This document shows positions 25,341 to 38,125 of a stretch of DNA of 64,000 nt, piece by piece. Source of the DNA: Mobula hypostoma. Its lineage: Eukaryota. The position numbers were made by a program, and so were the translations under genes. The stretch covers positions 102,734,001 to 102,798,000 of the forward strand of contig NC_086105.1 of assembly GCF_963921235.1 (NCBI RefSeq). The letters are read 5' to 3'. Position 1 is the stretch's first letter. The number at the start of each line of letters is the position of its first letter. The notes beneath the pieces are model-generated. The model saw nothing but the letters and a program-made list of their open reading frames with translations, did not search any database and had not been told where the DNA came from.

Positions 25341-26828
25341 AGGACAATTTGCAGGTGAGTCAATAGTAAAGAAGTGAATTAGCATTCATTTTGGAAGGAT
25401 TAGAATATAAAAACAAATACATAATGCTGTGGTTTAAGTCATAGGTCAGACTGCATTTGGAATATTGTGAGCAATTTTGGATCCTGTTGCTAAAGAAGAG
25501 AGCTTGGTAGGGTCCGGACACTCAGAAGAGTGATCACAGGAATGAAAGGCTTAATACATGAGGACACAATTTCTATGTATATTAAGAGAAAAATGGGTAA
25601 AAGATTAGAGTATTTTCCCTTTAGTAATATATATATATATATACAGCTACAAGTAAAGAGTACAGTCTTAAATGTGTATTTCTCATCTGTCTTTACTGTG
25701 GCAAAGGATATGAAACCTGGTGAGTTCAGGGAGAATTTCAATGATATCCTGAAGCATATTGACATACTAAAGACGAGGCATTTGCAGTCAAAGCTCATAA
25801 TACATAGTGTATATATCTCCAAGATACTGATATCAAGTTGCTCTAATCACAGAAGGAAAATTTGCTTCTTAGAGTGGACTTTCAGGAAATATATTGCAAG
25901 AAATTTTGGCGTTGCATAAACCAATTGAATGTTCCAACTTCAGTAATTCCTTTATCCACAATGATATTGAAAGAGATAATAATGATGATTTTGTCTCCTG
26001 GATGTTGAATTTTTAGGATTATGTGATCGCATATTTAAAGCTGCATTGGTAATTCTGTTTTAGAAAACAAAATGCTTTTTCAGGATTAAGTTTTATGGAG
26101 AGCCAGAATTACTTTTCACATTTTCTCTGGAGTGTAGACAGCTGAGGGGTGACCTGACAGAGGTGTATAAATCAAGAGGGGAATCAATGGGTGGTCATAG
26201 TGTTTATCCGAGTGTAGGACAGTCTATACTCAGGCACCAGAAGAGAAACTTTTTCACACAGAGTGGAGGGTATATGAAATGAGCTAGGAGAGCAAGCTGT
26301 AGAGACATGTATTATTACACTGTGGAAGAGACATTTAAACAGTTCCACTGTTCGAGATGGTTTACATGGATATGAGCCAAATGTGAGCAAACGTGAGTGA
26401 CTAGGTCAGATAGACATTAGTTGGTATGAATGAGTTTGGCTAAGTGGACTGTTCCCTTGTGGTATAAATCTATATTTTAACTGTAAAGCTTGCTTTGGGT
26501 AGTGAGTCATGATATGTTGTTGAAGTATAAAAGCCATACGGAAATATTTCGATCTCCTCTTTCAAATATTTTGCTGTTCAGAATCTGAACTTGATTCATT
26601 TACAATGGATTGAAAAGTAACTTCCATGCAAACAGACGTTTGTTGGCTCAATGCTTTTATGTCCAAGTTCTTTCTCCACTTTGTTGTTATCTAGTGATAG
26701 AGGTAAACAGACCCTGCAGTATTGTTTGTGTTCTTGTAAGTGGACATATCTGACAGATATATTTCTGAAATTGTGTATACATAATAAATCAGCCACAGCA
26801 AATGATAAAGCATTAACAAAAATGAATG

Positions 26829-26834
26829 TTTATT
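26829..26834 (-). terminator. Polyadenylation signal of alpha globin
   Basis: AATAAA 100 nt downstream of the TAG. Confidence 0.7.
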
Positions 26835-26933
26835 TAGTTTAGTTTACCAATTATGCCAAAATTTAATCAATGACAAAATGTGGAATTAAATGTTGATCTC
26901 GCTGTTGTTCACCGTAGTTTGTCGATTGCGTCT

Positions 26934-27888
26934 CTAACGGTACTTGGAGCTCAATTCATGTGCGAGCAACTCAAGGAATTTGTCGACAGCACAGTGGGTT
27001 GCAGGGGTGAACGCAGGCAAGTAAATGGCCAGGGTAACTGTGATACAATCAGCCAACAGCTGTAAAAGAGAAAAATTATAAAAATGAGGCAGTGTTAGTA
27101 TTCGCAACTCATGATTTTACCCATCAAATGAATGTTGGTTGTTTGTACTTTGACTGCTTTGCTGTGTATCGTGTAGAGGGAAAAAGTATTCCCTGCAAAG
27201 CTGAACAAGACTACACTTCTAGATAGCTGAAGCTGCAACTAAATAAAGTTGAAAGTTCAGAGTTGCTGATCTAATCACAATATCATAGTTTGTGTAATGA
27301 CAATGAGGAAGAATCTGTAAAATTGTTACATACCTGAAAGTTATGAGGATCCACGAGAAGTTCTTCACCATGTCTCTTGGCAAGCTTTTCCAGATGTTTA
27401 CTCAGGTTGTCCACGTTGTGGGCTGCATCCGCCACAGCTTCCATGACAATGCGACCATGTCTTCTGACAGGCTGGTCAGAGGCTTTGTAGCCATTGAATT
27501 TCGGGAAGTACGTCTTAGCTTGAGGGTGGATCTCAAACAACCTTCAGAAACATGGAAAATGAAGGCAGAAATTATGTTCCAACACAATATACACTACATC
27601 TCACTTAGGATTAAATTCCATTATTCTCCAGACAAGTAATCACATTATTTTGGAAAAACTTCAATCCTATGCAGAGAATATCTTCGTACACTTATTAATG
27701 GTCTCAATGTGCAAGGGAAATGCAAAGAAATATTAACAATTACAAATAATAGCTGAAAATGCAATAACTATACTGTGAATCTAAGAAAATTACCTAGCTA
27801 AAGCATCGGCACCCAAAGTTTCAGCATTTGCCTTTATGTGGTGGCCTAGTTCTTCTATAACCTGTTTGTTGGGGCCAGAGAGTACCAT
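26934..27888 (-). CDS. hba: Haemoglobin alpha chain; complement(join(26934..27059,27334..27541,27794..27888)); 142 aa
   Basis: Spliced protein: MVLSGPNKQVIEELGHHIKANAETLGADALAR/LFEIHPQAKTYFPKFNGYKASDQPVRRHGRIVMEAVADAAHNVDNLSKHLEKLAKRHGEELLVDPHNFQ/LLADCITVTLAIYLPAFTPATHCAVDKFLELLAHELSSKYR. Alpha hallmarks are MVLS, PQxKTYF, VDPxNF, DKFL and SKYR. GT-AG introns are 252 and 274 nt. Distal His60, proximal His89. Confidence 0.97.
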
Positions 27889-27955
27889 TGTTGCTGAGTT
27901 TTCACTTTTTCAGATCTCACAATAACCAGGAGATGCCTCTGGCTTGATGAGTCCA

Positions 27956-28157
27956 TATTTATTGTAATTCACACTGAGCCACACCCTCTCCACCCCACTT
28001 TTCCCATTGGTTGACAATAGTGAATAGAGAACCAATCGTCTGTTTCACATATAACTGTTGGCAAAGATATCCTGTCCAGAAGAGCTAAACACTACCTGCA
28101 CATATTTCACTTGATGCACACATGTAAAGGTTTAGTTTATTGCCATATAAGTTATCA
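27956..28157 (-). promoter_or_regulatory. Alpha-globin promoter: AATAAATA TATA-like box (27956-27963), CCACACCCT (27979-27987), CACCC (27991-27995), CCAAT (28006-28010; inverted copy 28032-28036), TGATAA (28152-28157)
   Basis: Motifs read directly. Their spacing from the ATG is typical of globin promoters. Confidence 0.75.
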
Positions 28158-28218
28158 GTAAATGCACATTAATAGTCATTAATCAATATGTGTTTCCAAA
28201 CTAACCCTGTTATAATAA

Positions 28219-28341
28219 TCCCTTACTCACTCTTCCTTCAGTTAGTCCTGACGAAGGGTCTCGGCCTGAAACGTCGACTGCACCTCTTCCTGGAGATGCT
28301 GCCTGGCCTGCTGCGTTCACCAGCAACTTTTATGTGTGTTG
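28219..28341 (+). mobile_element. 123-bp Penelope-derived short insertion with 13-bp TSD
   Basis: TSD cctgttataataa at 28206-28218 and 28342-28354. The body matches the 3' repeat of the Penelope-type copies at ~30950 and ~47980. Confidence 0.85.
28243..28280 (+). ncRNA. Minimal type I hammerhead ribozyme motif
   Basis: TAGTC-CTGACGA-AGG(GTCTCGG)CCT-GAAAC-GTC^GACTG. Core CUGANGA at 28248-28254 and GAAA at 28268-28271, with predicted GUC cleavage after 28275. Stem I is UAGUC/GACUG and stem III is the palindromic ACGU. Confidence 0.8.
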
Positions 28342-29530
28342 CCTGTTATAATAAGTTTAATTTGTTTTATCGTTATTTTGATCTGGGTCTTACATTGAAT
28401 TCATCTATTCAAGTTCATCCTCTTCCCCCTTAGTCTTTTTATTTCACAACTTGCGCAGGGGGACATGGTTTTCCAAAATCACAAGACACCTACTGTGTAC
28501 ACTGCACAGAAACCGATTGGGCAAAACAAGTTATAATGTAACCATAATGGACCAGGAAGTGTGTAGGTCTGGAATCACATGTATGTTATGCATTAGCATA
28601 TGGCTGAAGTACTTGGTTACTTCCAAGTCTATGAAAGGTGTCAGAATGTGAAGACCTGAGGGTGGCCAGGACAACTTTGGAATATTGGTCTGGAATTTCA
28701 TAGACATGGGTGAACTGAGCTGATGTTACAGGCAGATTTGGAGAAGGGAACTCTACTGTGAGCTCAGCTCGGGTTTAAGGTTACAGGTCTGACCAAACAG
28801 TGGAAGGGAGACCGATGAAGTCAGTGATCTGGTATCAGAGATGTGCAGCCAAAGATTTTTAGTTCTTCCCGAAGCTCAGTTGGAGCAAAGTTCTATTCAC
28901 TCATTGCCAGACATCAAATAGCTAGTGTGACTGAACAAAAGCAGGGGAAGAATCAATGGAGCTACAAAGAAATATAATATTGTGTGTTATTGTACCTATT
29001 CTGCATTTAAATTTTCCTTGTTTTCTGAAGATAGGCTGATAGGTAAACTCCAGTCCCACTGTGGCTGAGTTTGAAGGCAGTTTTATTGATCACCAACATG
29101 TTACAGTGCGGAAGGAGCTGTGTAAAAAGGCAGTACTTCTCAGTGTTCTCATGAAAGATGGATTCAAATGTTGATTAAAATTCCTTCAACTTGTAAAAGT
29201 GCTTCTGACAAATGAATGAATAAATATACAAGCAATTATATAGAGGCCTACCATATGTTGAAGATTAATTGCTTAACAACACAATAGTAAGTAATCAGTA
29301 AGTAAGTACTGATATCTCAGAGCTAGAAATAAAGTGTCAAACCTAATCAGGTGGGACATAACAGAACCTAATGCGTTTTTGAAGTCACTGAGAAATATTT
29401 AGAACAGGTTATTTGAAGAAATCTATTTTTTTTTAAATCTTTTCATATTTAATTGAAATAATTTTGTGATTGGCCTGAATTAAATCTGAAATTGTGTGTA
29501 ATAATGATCTAACAATATCTACTGAATATA

Positions 29531-29718
29531 CAGTGCTTATAAAAAGTATTCAACCAACCCCCCCCCCCCGGAATTCTTCATGTTTCATTGTTTTACAACA
29601 TTGAATCACAGTGGATTTAATCTGGCTTTTTTTCACACTGATCAATGGAAAATGACTCTTTCATGTCAAAATGAAAAAAGATCATGACAAAGTGATCTAA
29701 ATTAATTACAAATACAAA
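29531..29718 (+). mobile_element. Tc1/mariner terminal inverted repeat fragment
   Basis: TA|CAGTGCTTATAAAAAGTATTCAACC start is typical of fish Tc1 TIRs. No partner TIR or transposase was seen. Confidence 0.65.
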
Positions 29719-29719
29719 G

Positions 29720-30300
29720 GCTTTAGACATTGGTGAGAAGGCACTTGGAGAATTGTGAGCAGTTTTGAGCCCCTTATCTAAGAAATGATATGCTGGCATT
29801 GGAGAGGGTCCAGAGGAGTTTCATGAGAATGATTCCAGGAATGAAAGAGTTAATGTATGGGGAGCGTGTGATGGTTCTAGGCCTGTACTCACTGGAGTTT
29901 AAAAGAATGGGGGGGGGTATATCATTGAAAACCTATTCAATATTGAAAGGTCTAGGTAGAGTGAATGTAGAAAGTATGTATCTTATAGTGGGTGAGTCAC
30001 AATCCAGGGGTCACAGACTGTGCATATACAAACTTCCATTAAGAACAGAAATGAAGAGGAATTTCTTTAGTCAGAAGGTGCTGAATTCATGGAATTCCCT
30101 GCTAGAAATGGTTGTGGAGGCCAAGTCATTCAGTACATTTAAAACAGTGGTTGATGGGCTCATCATTAGTCATGGCATCAAAGGTTATGGGGACAGGTCA
30201 TGATAGTGGAGTTGAGGAGGATAATAAATCAGCCACGGTGGAATGGCAGAGTAGTGTCTTTGATCCGAATGGCCTAATTCTGCTCCTAGAATAATGGACC
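29720..30300 (+). mobile_element. CR1 3' fragment
   Basis: LERVQRSFMRMIPG...LGLYSLEFKRM...RNFFSQKVLNSWNSL. Confidence 0.85.
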
Positions 30301-30302
30301 AT

Positions 30303-30700
30303 TCAGAAATCTGATGGTGAAGGACAAGAAGCTATTTCTGAATCATTCAGTGTGGTCTTCAGGCTCTTGTACATCCTCGCTGGTGACTGTACTGATATGA
30401 GTGCATGTCCCAGTTGGTGAGAGTCCTCAGTGATGGATGCCATCTTCTTGAGGCATTGCTTCTTGAATATGTCCATGATGGTGAGGACTATTGTGGCAGT
30501 AATGAGGCTGTCAGAGTCTATGACACTCTGTAGCCTTTTGCATTTTTCCACATTGGAGCCACTGTACCAAGCTATGATACAACCAGTCAGAAAGCTCTCC
30601 ACCATCCAACTGTAGAAGTTCGTAAGAATATTTAGTGGCATTCCAAATCTCTTCAAACTCCAAAGTACAACTGTTGGTGTTCCCTCTTCATGATTCTTTG
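30303..30700 (-). mobile_element. Rex1/Babar-like LINE 3' fragment
   Basis: KRFGM...TNFY...ESFLTGCIIAWY motif. Confidence 0.75.
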
Positions 30701-31090
30701 TGGCCTTCTTTTTATTCTTAACTTCTCCCTGCTCCCTCTTCTATTCCCCATTATGGCCTCTTCCCGCTAATCCTCACCTGCCTATCACCTCCCTCTGATG
30801 CTGTCTTTCTTCCCTTTCTCTCTTCTCACTTATCTGATTCCTTCCTCTTCAGCCCTTTATATTTTCCACCCAGCTGACTCCACCAATCACCTTCTAGCTT
30901 GTCCTCCTTCCCACCCCCTACCTTTTATTCTGGCATCTTCTCCCTTCCTTTCCAGTCTTGCTGAAGGCTCTTGGCCCAAATTGTTGACTGTTTATTCATT
31001 TCCATAGATGCTGCCTGATCTGCTAAGTTCCTGCAGCATTTTGTGTGTGTTGCTCTGGATTTCCTGCATCTGCAGAATCTCTTATGCTTA
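30700..31090 (+). mobile_element. Penelope-like 3' repeat with decayed hammerhead
   Basis: Pyrimidine-rich tract resembling 36215-36430, then agtcttgctgaaggctcttggcccaaattgttgact (mutated core) and gatgctgcctga...tgtgtgttg. Confidence 0.65.
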
Positions 31091-31749
31091 TATATTATTT
31101 AGCTGTCTATCTAAGCAACCATCTATCTATCTATATATCTGCAGTTTTTACAATCAGAAGTAGAGCAGTTGTCAAACTAAGCCATGGTGCATCCAAATAC
31201 GATTGATAGAAATTGATCAGGACAAGTCCATTTTTTAATCCCTGAGGAAGTAGTGGTGAACTTTCTCGGCCATGATGGACGAGGACAAGATATAAGAAAG
31301 ACAAAAAAAAACTATTCAACATTTACTTTATTCGTCTGATGCATCACAGCTTGGTTTGCAACTGGTCTGACCAAGACAAATAAAAATTGCTGAGAGCTGA
31401 GATGGCAGCCCAGTCCTTCATGGAAACCAGCCTCCTCTCTGTGGACTCTGTTCACACTGCTCCCGATGTCTTAGGAAAGCAGTCAACATCATCAAAAACC
31501 CCACTCCACCTCAGTCATTCAATCGTTCAGAATGATTTATTTGGATGGCATGCAAAAGAAAGTTCTTCTCTATTACCTCAGTATATGTCACAATAATAAA
31601 TCAATTACAAACTACACATTAAATGCTGAAGCAAAAAAAAAACTTATTGGAGGAAAAATATAATCCACAATGTAGGTAACTTCAGAAATAATGTCCATAA
31701 AGCAGGAAATATTGCAACTGGAAAAGAATCTTAAATACAATAACTCAGC

Positions 31750-32380
31750 TGGTACAACTGCAGCACAACAGCTTCAATGACCCAGGTTCAATCCTGACCT
31801 CTAGTCCTGGCACGTGGCCAAGTGGTTAATGCGCCCATCTAGTGATCTGAAGGTTGCTATTTCGAGCCTTGGCTGAGGCAGCGTGTTGTGTCCTTGAGCA
31901 AGGCACTTAACCACACATTGCTCTGCGACGACACCGGTGCCAAGCTGTATGGGTCCTAATGCCCTTCCCTTGGACAACATCGGTGTCGTGGAGAGGGCAG
32001 ACTTGCAGCATGGGTAACTGCCGGCCTTCCATACAACCTTGCCCAGGCCTGCGCCCTGGAAGCCTTCCAAGGCGCAAATCCATGGTCTCATGAGACTAAC
32101 GGATGCCTAAAAAGTACTGACTCTGTGAAGTATAGGCACTTTCCCTGTGACCACACGGGATTCTTTCGGGTGCTATAGTTTCTTCCCACATTCCGAAGAC
32201 ATGCGGGAAGGTTAATTGGCTATTGTAAATTACCCTTAGTTCAGCTCCGTGGTAGACTTGATGGAGATGTAGAGAGAATAGGGTTAATCATAAAATTAAA
32301 CTAGTTTGGAATACATTGATGGGAAAATTAATCTAGGTGGGAACTAGCATGGATTTGAAGGGGAAACTGTTGCTTTTCTG
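31750..32380 (+). mobile_element. V-SINE-like element interrupted by a younger tRNA-derived SINE (~31804-32113)
   Basis: The inner element has box A TGGCCAAGTGG, box B-like TTCGAGCC and gtgtccttgagcaaggcacttaacc. The outer has ggttcaatcctgacc, then a V-domain-like cgggtgctatagtttcttcccaca. Confidence 0.7.
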
Positions 32381-34399
32381 TGTCTTAAGGAAATATGGAA
32401 TATACTTACATACTTTAAAGGATCACTGTTTCTAGACATTTCTTTATAGCAATACAGCAAAACGGTGGATGAAAATAGTTATTGAAAAGAAGTTTGAAAC
32501 AAGTGAATTCTTGTGAAATTTTCAAAGGACCATAATTGAAGACTCCAAAAGGGCAGAAGAACCAAAAGTGAGGGAAAGTGGAGACTGACCTGTGGATGTT
32601 ATGTTTATTTAACAATTATGTCTTACAGTGCCAGGAAGAATGTGGCCAGTTGGACTTATTGTGGATCAAGATTGAAAGTGAATTTTGAAATGATCACAAG
32701 TTACAGAGGGACAGAGATTTTCAAGTAGAAGTCACAAATAAATTTACAATTTTATATCAAAAGACTGGTTCTTTCTATTCTACTTTCAAACATAAAGGTA
32801 TTAAACCAGTGCATCAGAGTGAAGAAGACATGTGTGTCCTCTGCACTAACGATTTAAACACAAACAAGAGAAAATCCACAGATGCTGAAAATCCAAGCAA
32901 CACACACAAAATGCTGGAGGAAGTTAGCAAGTCAGGCAGCATCTATGGAAGAGAGTACAGTCAACATTTCAGGCTAAGACCCCTCAATTTAAATATTTAA
33001 CATTTAAACGATTTAAACATTTAGGATTTTTCAATGTATAGTCCACAACATATGACTTTTCACCCTCTTACTGCCCTCCTTATCCGAGCATAAAGTTATT
33101 CTGCTAAGACCATTAGGTAAACATGTGTCCAGTAATCATTATGTTAGGAGGTTTATTTTCATTCATGGAATCACAGAGTAATGCAAAACTGGAAGATGCA
33201 GTTTACAGCACAAACCATGTAACATGGAACAGTACTGCACTGGACCAAGCCCCTGGTCCATGATGCTGTGCTGAATTAATTAATATAATGACTCTAATTA
33301 AAATAATCCCGCTGTCCTCACATTGTCCACATACATTGATTCCCTGCAGTTTGTCCCAAAGTAACTGTACCAAGGGAAAGCAAAATATTGCAGTCGCTGT
33401 TAGTCTGAAATAAAAAAAAAACAAAGTGTTGGAGTTACTCAACAGAGTAGGCAGGCAGCACTTGAGCAAAGAAAATATATCAATGACCTCTCATTAAAAC
33501 TGGAAAAGTGGGAAAACAAGCATGTTTCAGGTTTCAGAGTGGAGAGACCAGAGGGAGAATCTGAGCTAGGGTAGAGGTGATTTCTCTCCAGTATTCACAA
33601 ATGTTGAGTTTCCTGGAGGAGATGAATGAAGATAATAGAGAGACAAATGCTTCCTTTGAATTACCTATAGTTTTCACACACCTCCATCTCCACACCTACA
33701 CTCTAGACACCCAAAATGAATGTTCATCGACATTGTCTGGTTTCCAATCAACTCCAGTCTACAGCCACTGGAAAAATATTGTTTAGGCTGCATTTAAGAT
33801 ATTCAATCTATCATCCACGTTCATGTGTGAAGATACTTAGCTGGTGAAATTAATATTTGTGCTGCATCTTAACTCCAGAATACACACTAACAGTATATAA
33901 TAGGGCAAAGACAACCATGAGTTAACATAAACTTATGTTTACATGAATTATAGATAACTTATAATGTACAAAAATAAGCAATACTAGTGCAAGATTGAGA
34001 GGGAAAAACAACAGATCAGTGTACCAATGATATCTCTTCCCTAATCTCAAATGTATAATTACAGCAGTCCTCTTTGACTTCCTTTTCGAATATATGTTGT
34101 ACCATTGTACAATAAATAGGTGGGACTGAATTGTCAGCTGCTCTGTATTTCTCTTAAATATTTCCATTTTTTTCACAGTAACTCATTTTATTCTGCGGCA
34201 AAAATGCAGAAATACACAATTATGCAACTCATTCTCTTTGTACAATTTCTTTAATATTGAAGCCATATCTATTATTTCACTTAATGAAGAATATAATTAT
34301 ATAATATGTAACTTCAACTGTTAAATTATTTTAAATTAATCAAAGTTAAAGCCTTGAAAAAAACTGGTTTAACAATGCAAAACTATGAAAACCTAAAGT

Positions 34400-34850
34400 G
34401 ATATGATAGCTGATTTAGACGCCTGATGTTATTAATGCTTACAGTTATTTGGGCTACAGCTTGTTAAAACATTTGGAAAAGCTGTTTTGGATCATCAGAA
34501 GTTCAGAGATGGGGGGTGTAGATTATCTAAAGACATCAGCTTCTTGGTGTGCCTAGATATCTGCAGGTTTGAAAAGTGTGGGACAAAGGATAATTACACT
34601 TATTTTTCTGAGAACAACCTTTCCAAGATAAAGAACTTAGCTTAAGATCACAAACAACTTTCTCTCCATATAGGGCTACCTTCCAATATTTGGTACAATG
34701 ATTCAGCGAGTTGCAGCTGAACATTTGTTGATGAGTCATTGGAACTTTATCAGCTTTGAAGTGATGAATATACACAATAGACCATTTCCAGAACATCCAA
34801 GTGCACGAGTCTTGCAGATGTATGATTGGGTACAACTCAGTTATCAACCG
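34400..34850. promoter_or_regulatory. Candidate erythroid enhancer, copy A
   Basis: WGATAR at 34404, 34523, 34626, 34747 and 34841. TGATGAGTCAT at 34729-34739, E-boxes at 34714 and 34815, GGGTG at 34514. Confidence 0.5.
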
Positions 34851-35112
34851 TTGGTCCAGCCTTAAGCAAGTTGAACACCGTATTTCAATATTTACAAACT
34901 GATTATAACAGCAGACTTCAATGGTAGAACTCAGGACATTTACTGTGCATATATTTTTACCAGTATATATCTAGCTTAAAGTGAAGCTAGAGAGAATAAA
35001 GCAAATATAACTGAATTTGATGCTAGATTATTTCTTAAAGTTGCAGGTGTTGGAGTATTCTTCAGTCTCCCATGTTTCCTCACGTGGACAGGTGAGAGAT
35101 CCAAAGAACAGA

Positions 35113-36430
35113 AACTAAACCCATCAACTCTAGAGAACTCATAGTTCCCTTACCCTACTCTACTATTTCTACATCCTACCCAACTACGCCTGCCTTTTTG
35201 TTGGCTATTTAGAACATGTTCTAAGCCTTCACTGGTAATGCTTCCCAATGCTTCCTGCACTACATTGATGACTGCATGGCTGTGTCATCCACCCGTGATG
35301 GGCTTATCAATTCAATCGACTTTGCCTCCAATATCCACCCCACTATAGGTCCATTTCTGACACCTCCCTCCCCTTTCTCAATCTTTCTCTCTCTCCATCT
35401 CTGGAGACAAGTTGTCTACCAACATCTTCTATAAACCTGCTTATTCCCTCTTCCCAACCTCTCAGCTATAAAAATGCTATCCCATTTTCACAGTTCCATT
35501 GCCTCCACTGCACCTGTTCCCAAGATGAGGCTTTCCTTTCCAGAACATTAGAGGCGTCCTTCTTTTTCAAAGAACGGGGTTTCCTTTCCTCCAGCATTGA
35601 TGCTGCCCTAACCCACACCTCCTCCATTTCCCAGATCATCTGGGCTCACCTCATCTTCCTGCTGCCTTAACAAGAATAGAGTTCCTCTTGCTGAAACCTG
35701 CACCCCATGAGCCTCTGAATCCCACACATCATTTTCTGCAACCTTCGCCATCTTCAATGGAATCCTCTGTGATTCCCAGAGGAACATCTGCTTTTCACAG
35801 GGATTGTTCCCTCTGTGATTCCCTTGTCTATTTGTCCCTGTGCACTATCTTCCCTCCTGGCACATATCCCTGCAAGCAACATACATGCTTAACTTGCCCA
35901 TTTGCCTCCTTGCTTGCCCAACACTTCATCGGTGAATCTGTTGCGGTTATCTATCTTATCTGGTGCTCCCAGTATGGCCTCATCTATATTGGTGGAATCT
36001 GATGTAAATTAGGGGACCACATTGTTGGCACCACTGTCCCAACCACCAAAAGCAAAATTTCCCAGTGCCCAACCATTTTAATTGCCATTCTCATTCATGT
36101 TCCAACATGTTAGTCCACGGGTCCTCTTCTGCAACAATGAGGCCACTCTGAGGGTGGAGGAGCAACATCTCGGAATGAACATCGATTTTTCATTCCGGAA
36201 AAATAAATATTTGCCCCTCCCTTTTCTTCTATGCCCCACTCTGTCCCTTTACATCTTATCCTCACCTACCTATCACATCCTCCTGGTGCCCTCCTTTTTC
36301 CCTTTCTCTCATGGCCCACTGTCTTCCCTTATCCGATTCCTTCTTCTCCAGCCCTTTACCTTTCCCACCCACCTGATTTCAGCTAATCCTCCTTCCCCTC
36401 CCACCACTTTTATTCTGGCATCTTCCCCCT
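35113..36430 (+). mobile_element. Degenerate Penelope-like element (RT and GIY-YIG remnants)
   Basis: tacattgatgactgc (YIDDC), ttctataaacct (FYKP) and VIYLIWCSQYGLIYIG (GIY-YIG). Confidence 0.8.
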
Positions 36431-37106
36431 TTGCAGAAGGGATCACATTGCAAGGACTGAAAGGATTGGAAAAAGTGCAAGTAAACCTGGAAAGAGAAAT
36501 TAAAGATCAAGGTCAAATGCAAGTTACACAGGGTGTAAATACCTTGAAAATTAGTTTCTTGTTACAACTGTGTACCTTGTAGCCTGAACAAAGTCACTGG
36601 AGACACACTGAAATGAGTGGAGATAAAAGTGTTTTATTCAAGAAAAATGAACAGCAGGCATCATATTGAGATATTCTTGGATGGAGGTTTCGTGGCCCAA
36701 TATCACATGACATTTTTACATACTAAAGGTCAAAGGTAACGACAGGACAATTCTACAGTTACAATGTATCTACAATACTTCATTGAATTACATGCAGTTT
36801 TCACACATCTCCTTCAACCCAACACCCCAGACACCCAAAATGAATGTTCATCAGCATTGTATGGTTTGCAATCAACTTCAGTCCACAGCTAGAAGAAAAC
36901 TATTGTTTTGGCTGCATTTTAAACATTAATCTATCTTCCGCCATCATGTCTGATGATAGGTTGCTGTTGAAGTTAATATTTGCTCTATAACCTAACTCCC
37001 AAATATACACTAACAGTATATAACAGGGCAAAGATAAACATAAGTTAATACAAACACAAATTGTACATAACTTACATGTGCAAAATATAGAACAAAATAA
37101 GTAATA

Positions 37107-38013
37107 TTTTATACTTTATACTTTATTGTTGCCAAACAATTGATACTAGAATGTACAATCATCATAGCAATATTTGATTCTGTGCTTCCCGCTCCCTGGA
37201 ATACAAATATTAAATATTAAAATATTAAAAATAGTAAATATTAAAAAGTTAAATTATAAATCATGAATAGAAAATAGAAAACTGGAAAGTAAGGTAGTGC
37301 AAAATAACCGAGAGGCAGGTCCGGATATTTGGGGGGTATGGCCCAGATCCGGGTCAGGATCCGTTCAGCAGTCTTATCACAGTTGGAAAGAAGCTGTTCC
37401 CAAAACTGGCCGTACGAGTCTTCAAGCTCCTGAGCCTTCTCCCAGAGGGAAGAAGGATGAAAAGTGTGTTGACTGGGTGGGTCGTGTCCTTGATTATCCT
37501 GGCAGCACTGCTCCGACAGCATGCGGTGTAAAGTGAGTCCAAGGACGGAAGATTGGTTTGTGTGATGTGCTGCACCGTGTTCATGATCTTCTGCAGCTTC
37601 TTTCAGTCTTTGACAGGACAACTTCCATACCAGGTTGTGATGCACCCTAGAAGAATACTTTCTACGGTGTATCTATAAAAATTAGTGAGGGTTTTAGGGG
37701 ACAGGCCAAATTTCTTTAGTTTTCTCAGGAAGTAAAGGCGTTGGTGGGACTTCTTGGCAGTGAACTCTGCTTGGTTGGACCAAGTCAGGTCACTTGTGAT
37801 ATTGACCCTGAGTAACTTAAAACTTTTGACCTGTTACACTTGTGCACCACCGATGTAAATTGGATCGTGCAGTCTGTTACTCCTTCTGAAGTCAACAACC
37901 AATTCCTTTGTCTTGCTGACGTTGAGGGATAGGTTATTGTCTTCGCATCATGACACCAGGCTCTTAATTTCCTCTCTGTACTCAAACTCATCATTACCCG
38001 AGATGCAGCCTAC
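37107..38013 (-). mobile_element. 5'-truncated Rex1/Babar-like LINE
   Basis: (TAAAGTA)n tail and TSD AATA (37103-37106, 38014-38017). Translation LPSGRRLRSLKTRT...NSFFPTVIRLLN. The empty site is in copy A at ~33980. Confidence 0.9.
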
Positions 38014-38125
38014 AATACTAGTGCAAGATTGAGACAAGAAAGATTAGTTCACTGTACCAATGCTATCTCTTTCCTAATCTTAAATACATAATTACAACAG
38101 TCCTTTTTGACTTTCTTTTCAAATA

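Larger units (their letters stand above)
33645..36430 (+). repeat. Tandem segmental duplicate, copy A (paralogue B at ~36775-44190)
   Basis: 33650-35110 aligns to 36775-37106 + 38014-38125 + 39989-41008. 35113 onward aligns to 43290 onward. Confidence 0.9.

Noticed and set aside
31805-31875. tRNA gene
   Set aside because: Box A/B-like motifs continue into a SINE body and no proper cloverleaf forms.
36578-37014. Solo LTR at the start of duplicate copy B (tgtagcc...ctaaca)
   Set aside because: TG...CA ends and a minus-strand AATAAA are suggestive, but no TSD could be confirmed.
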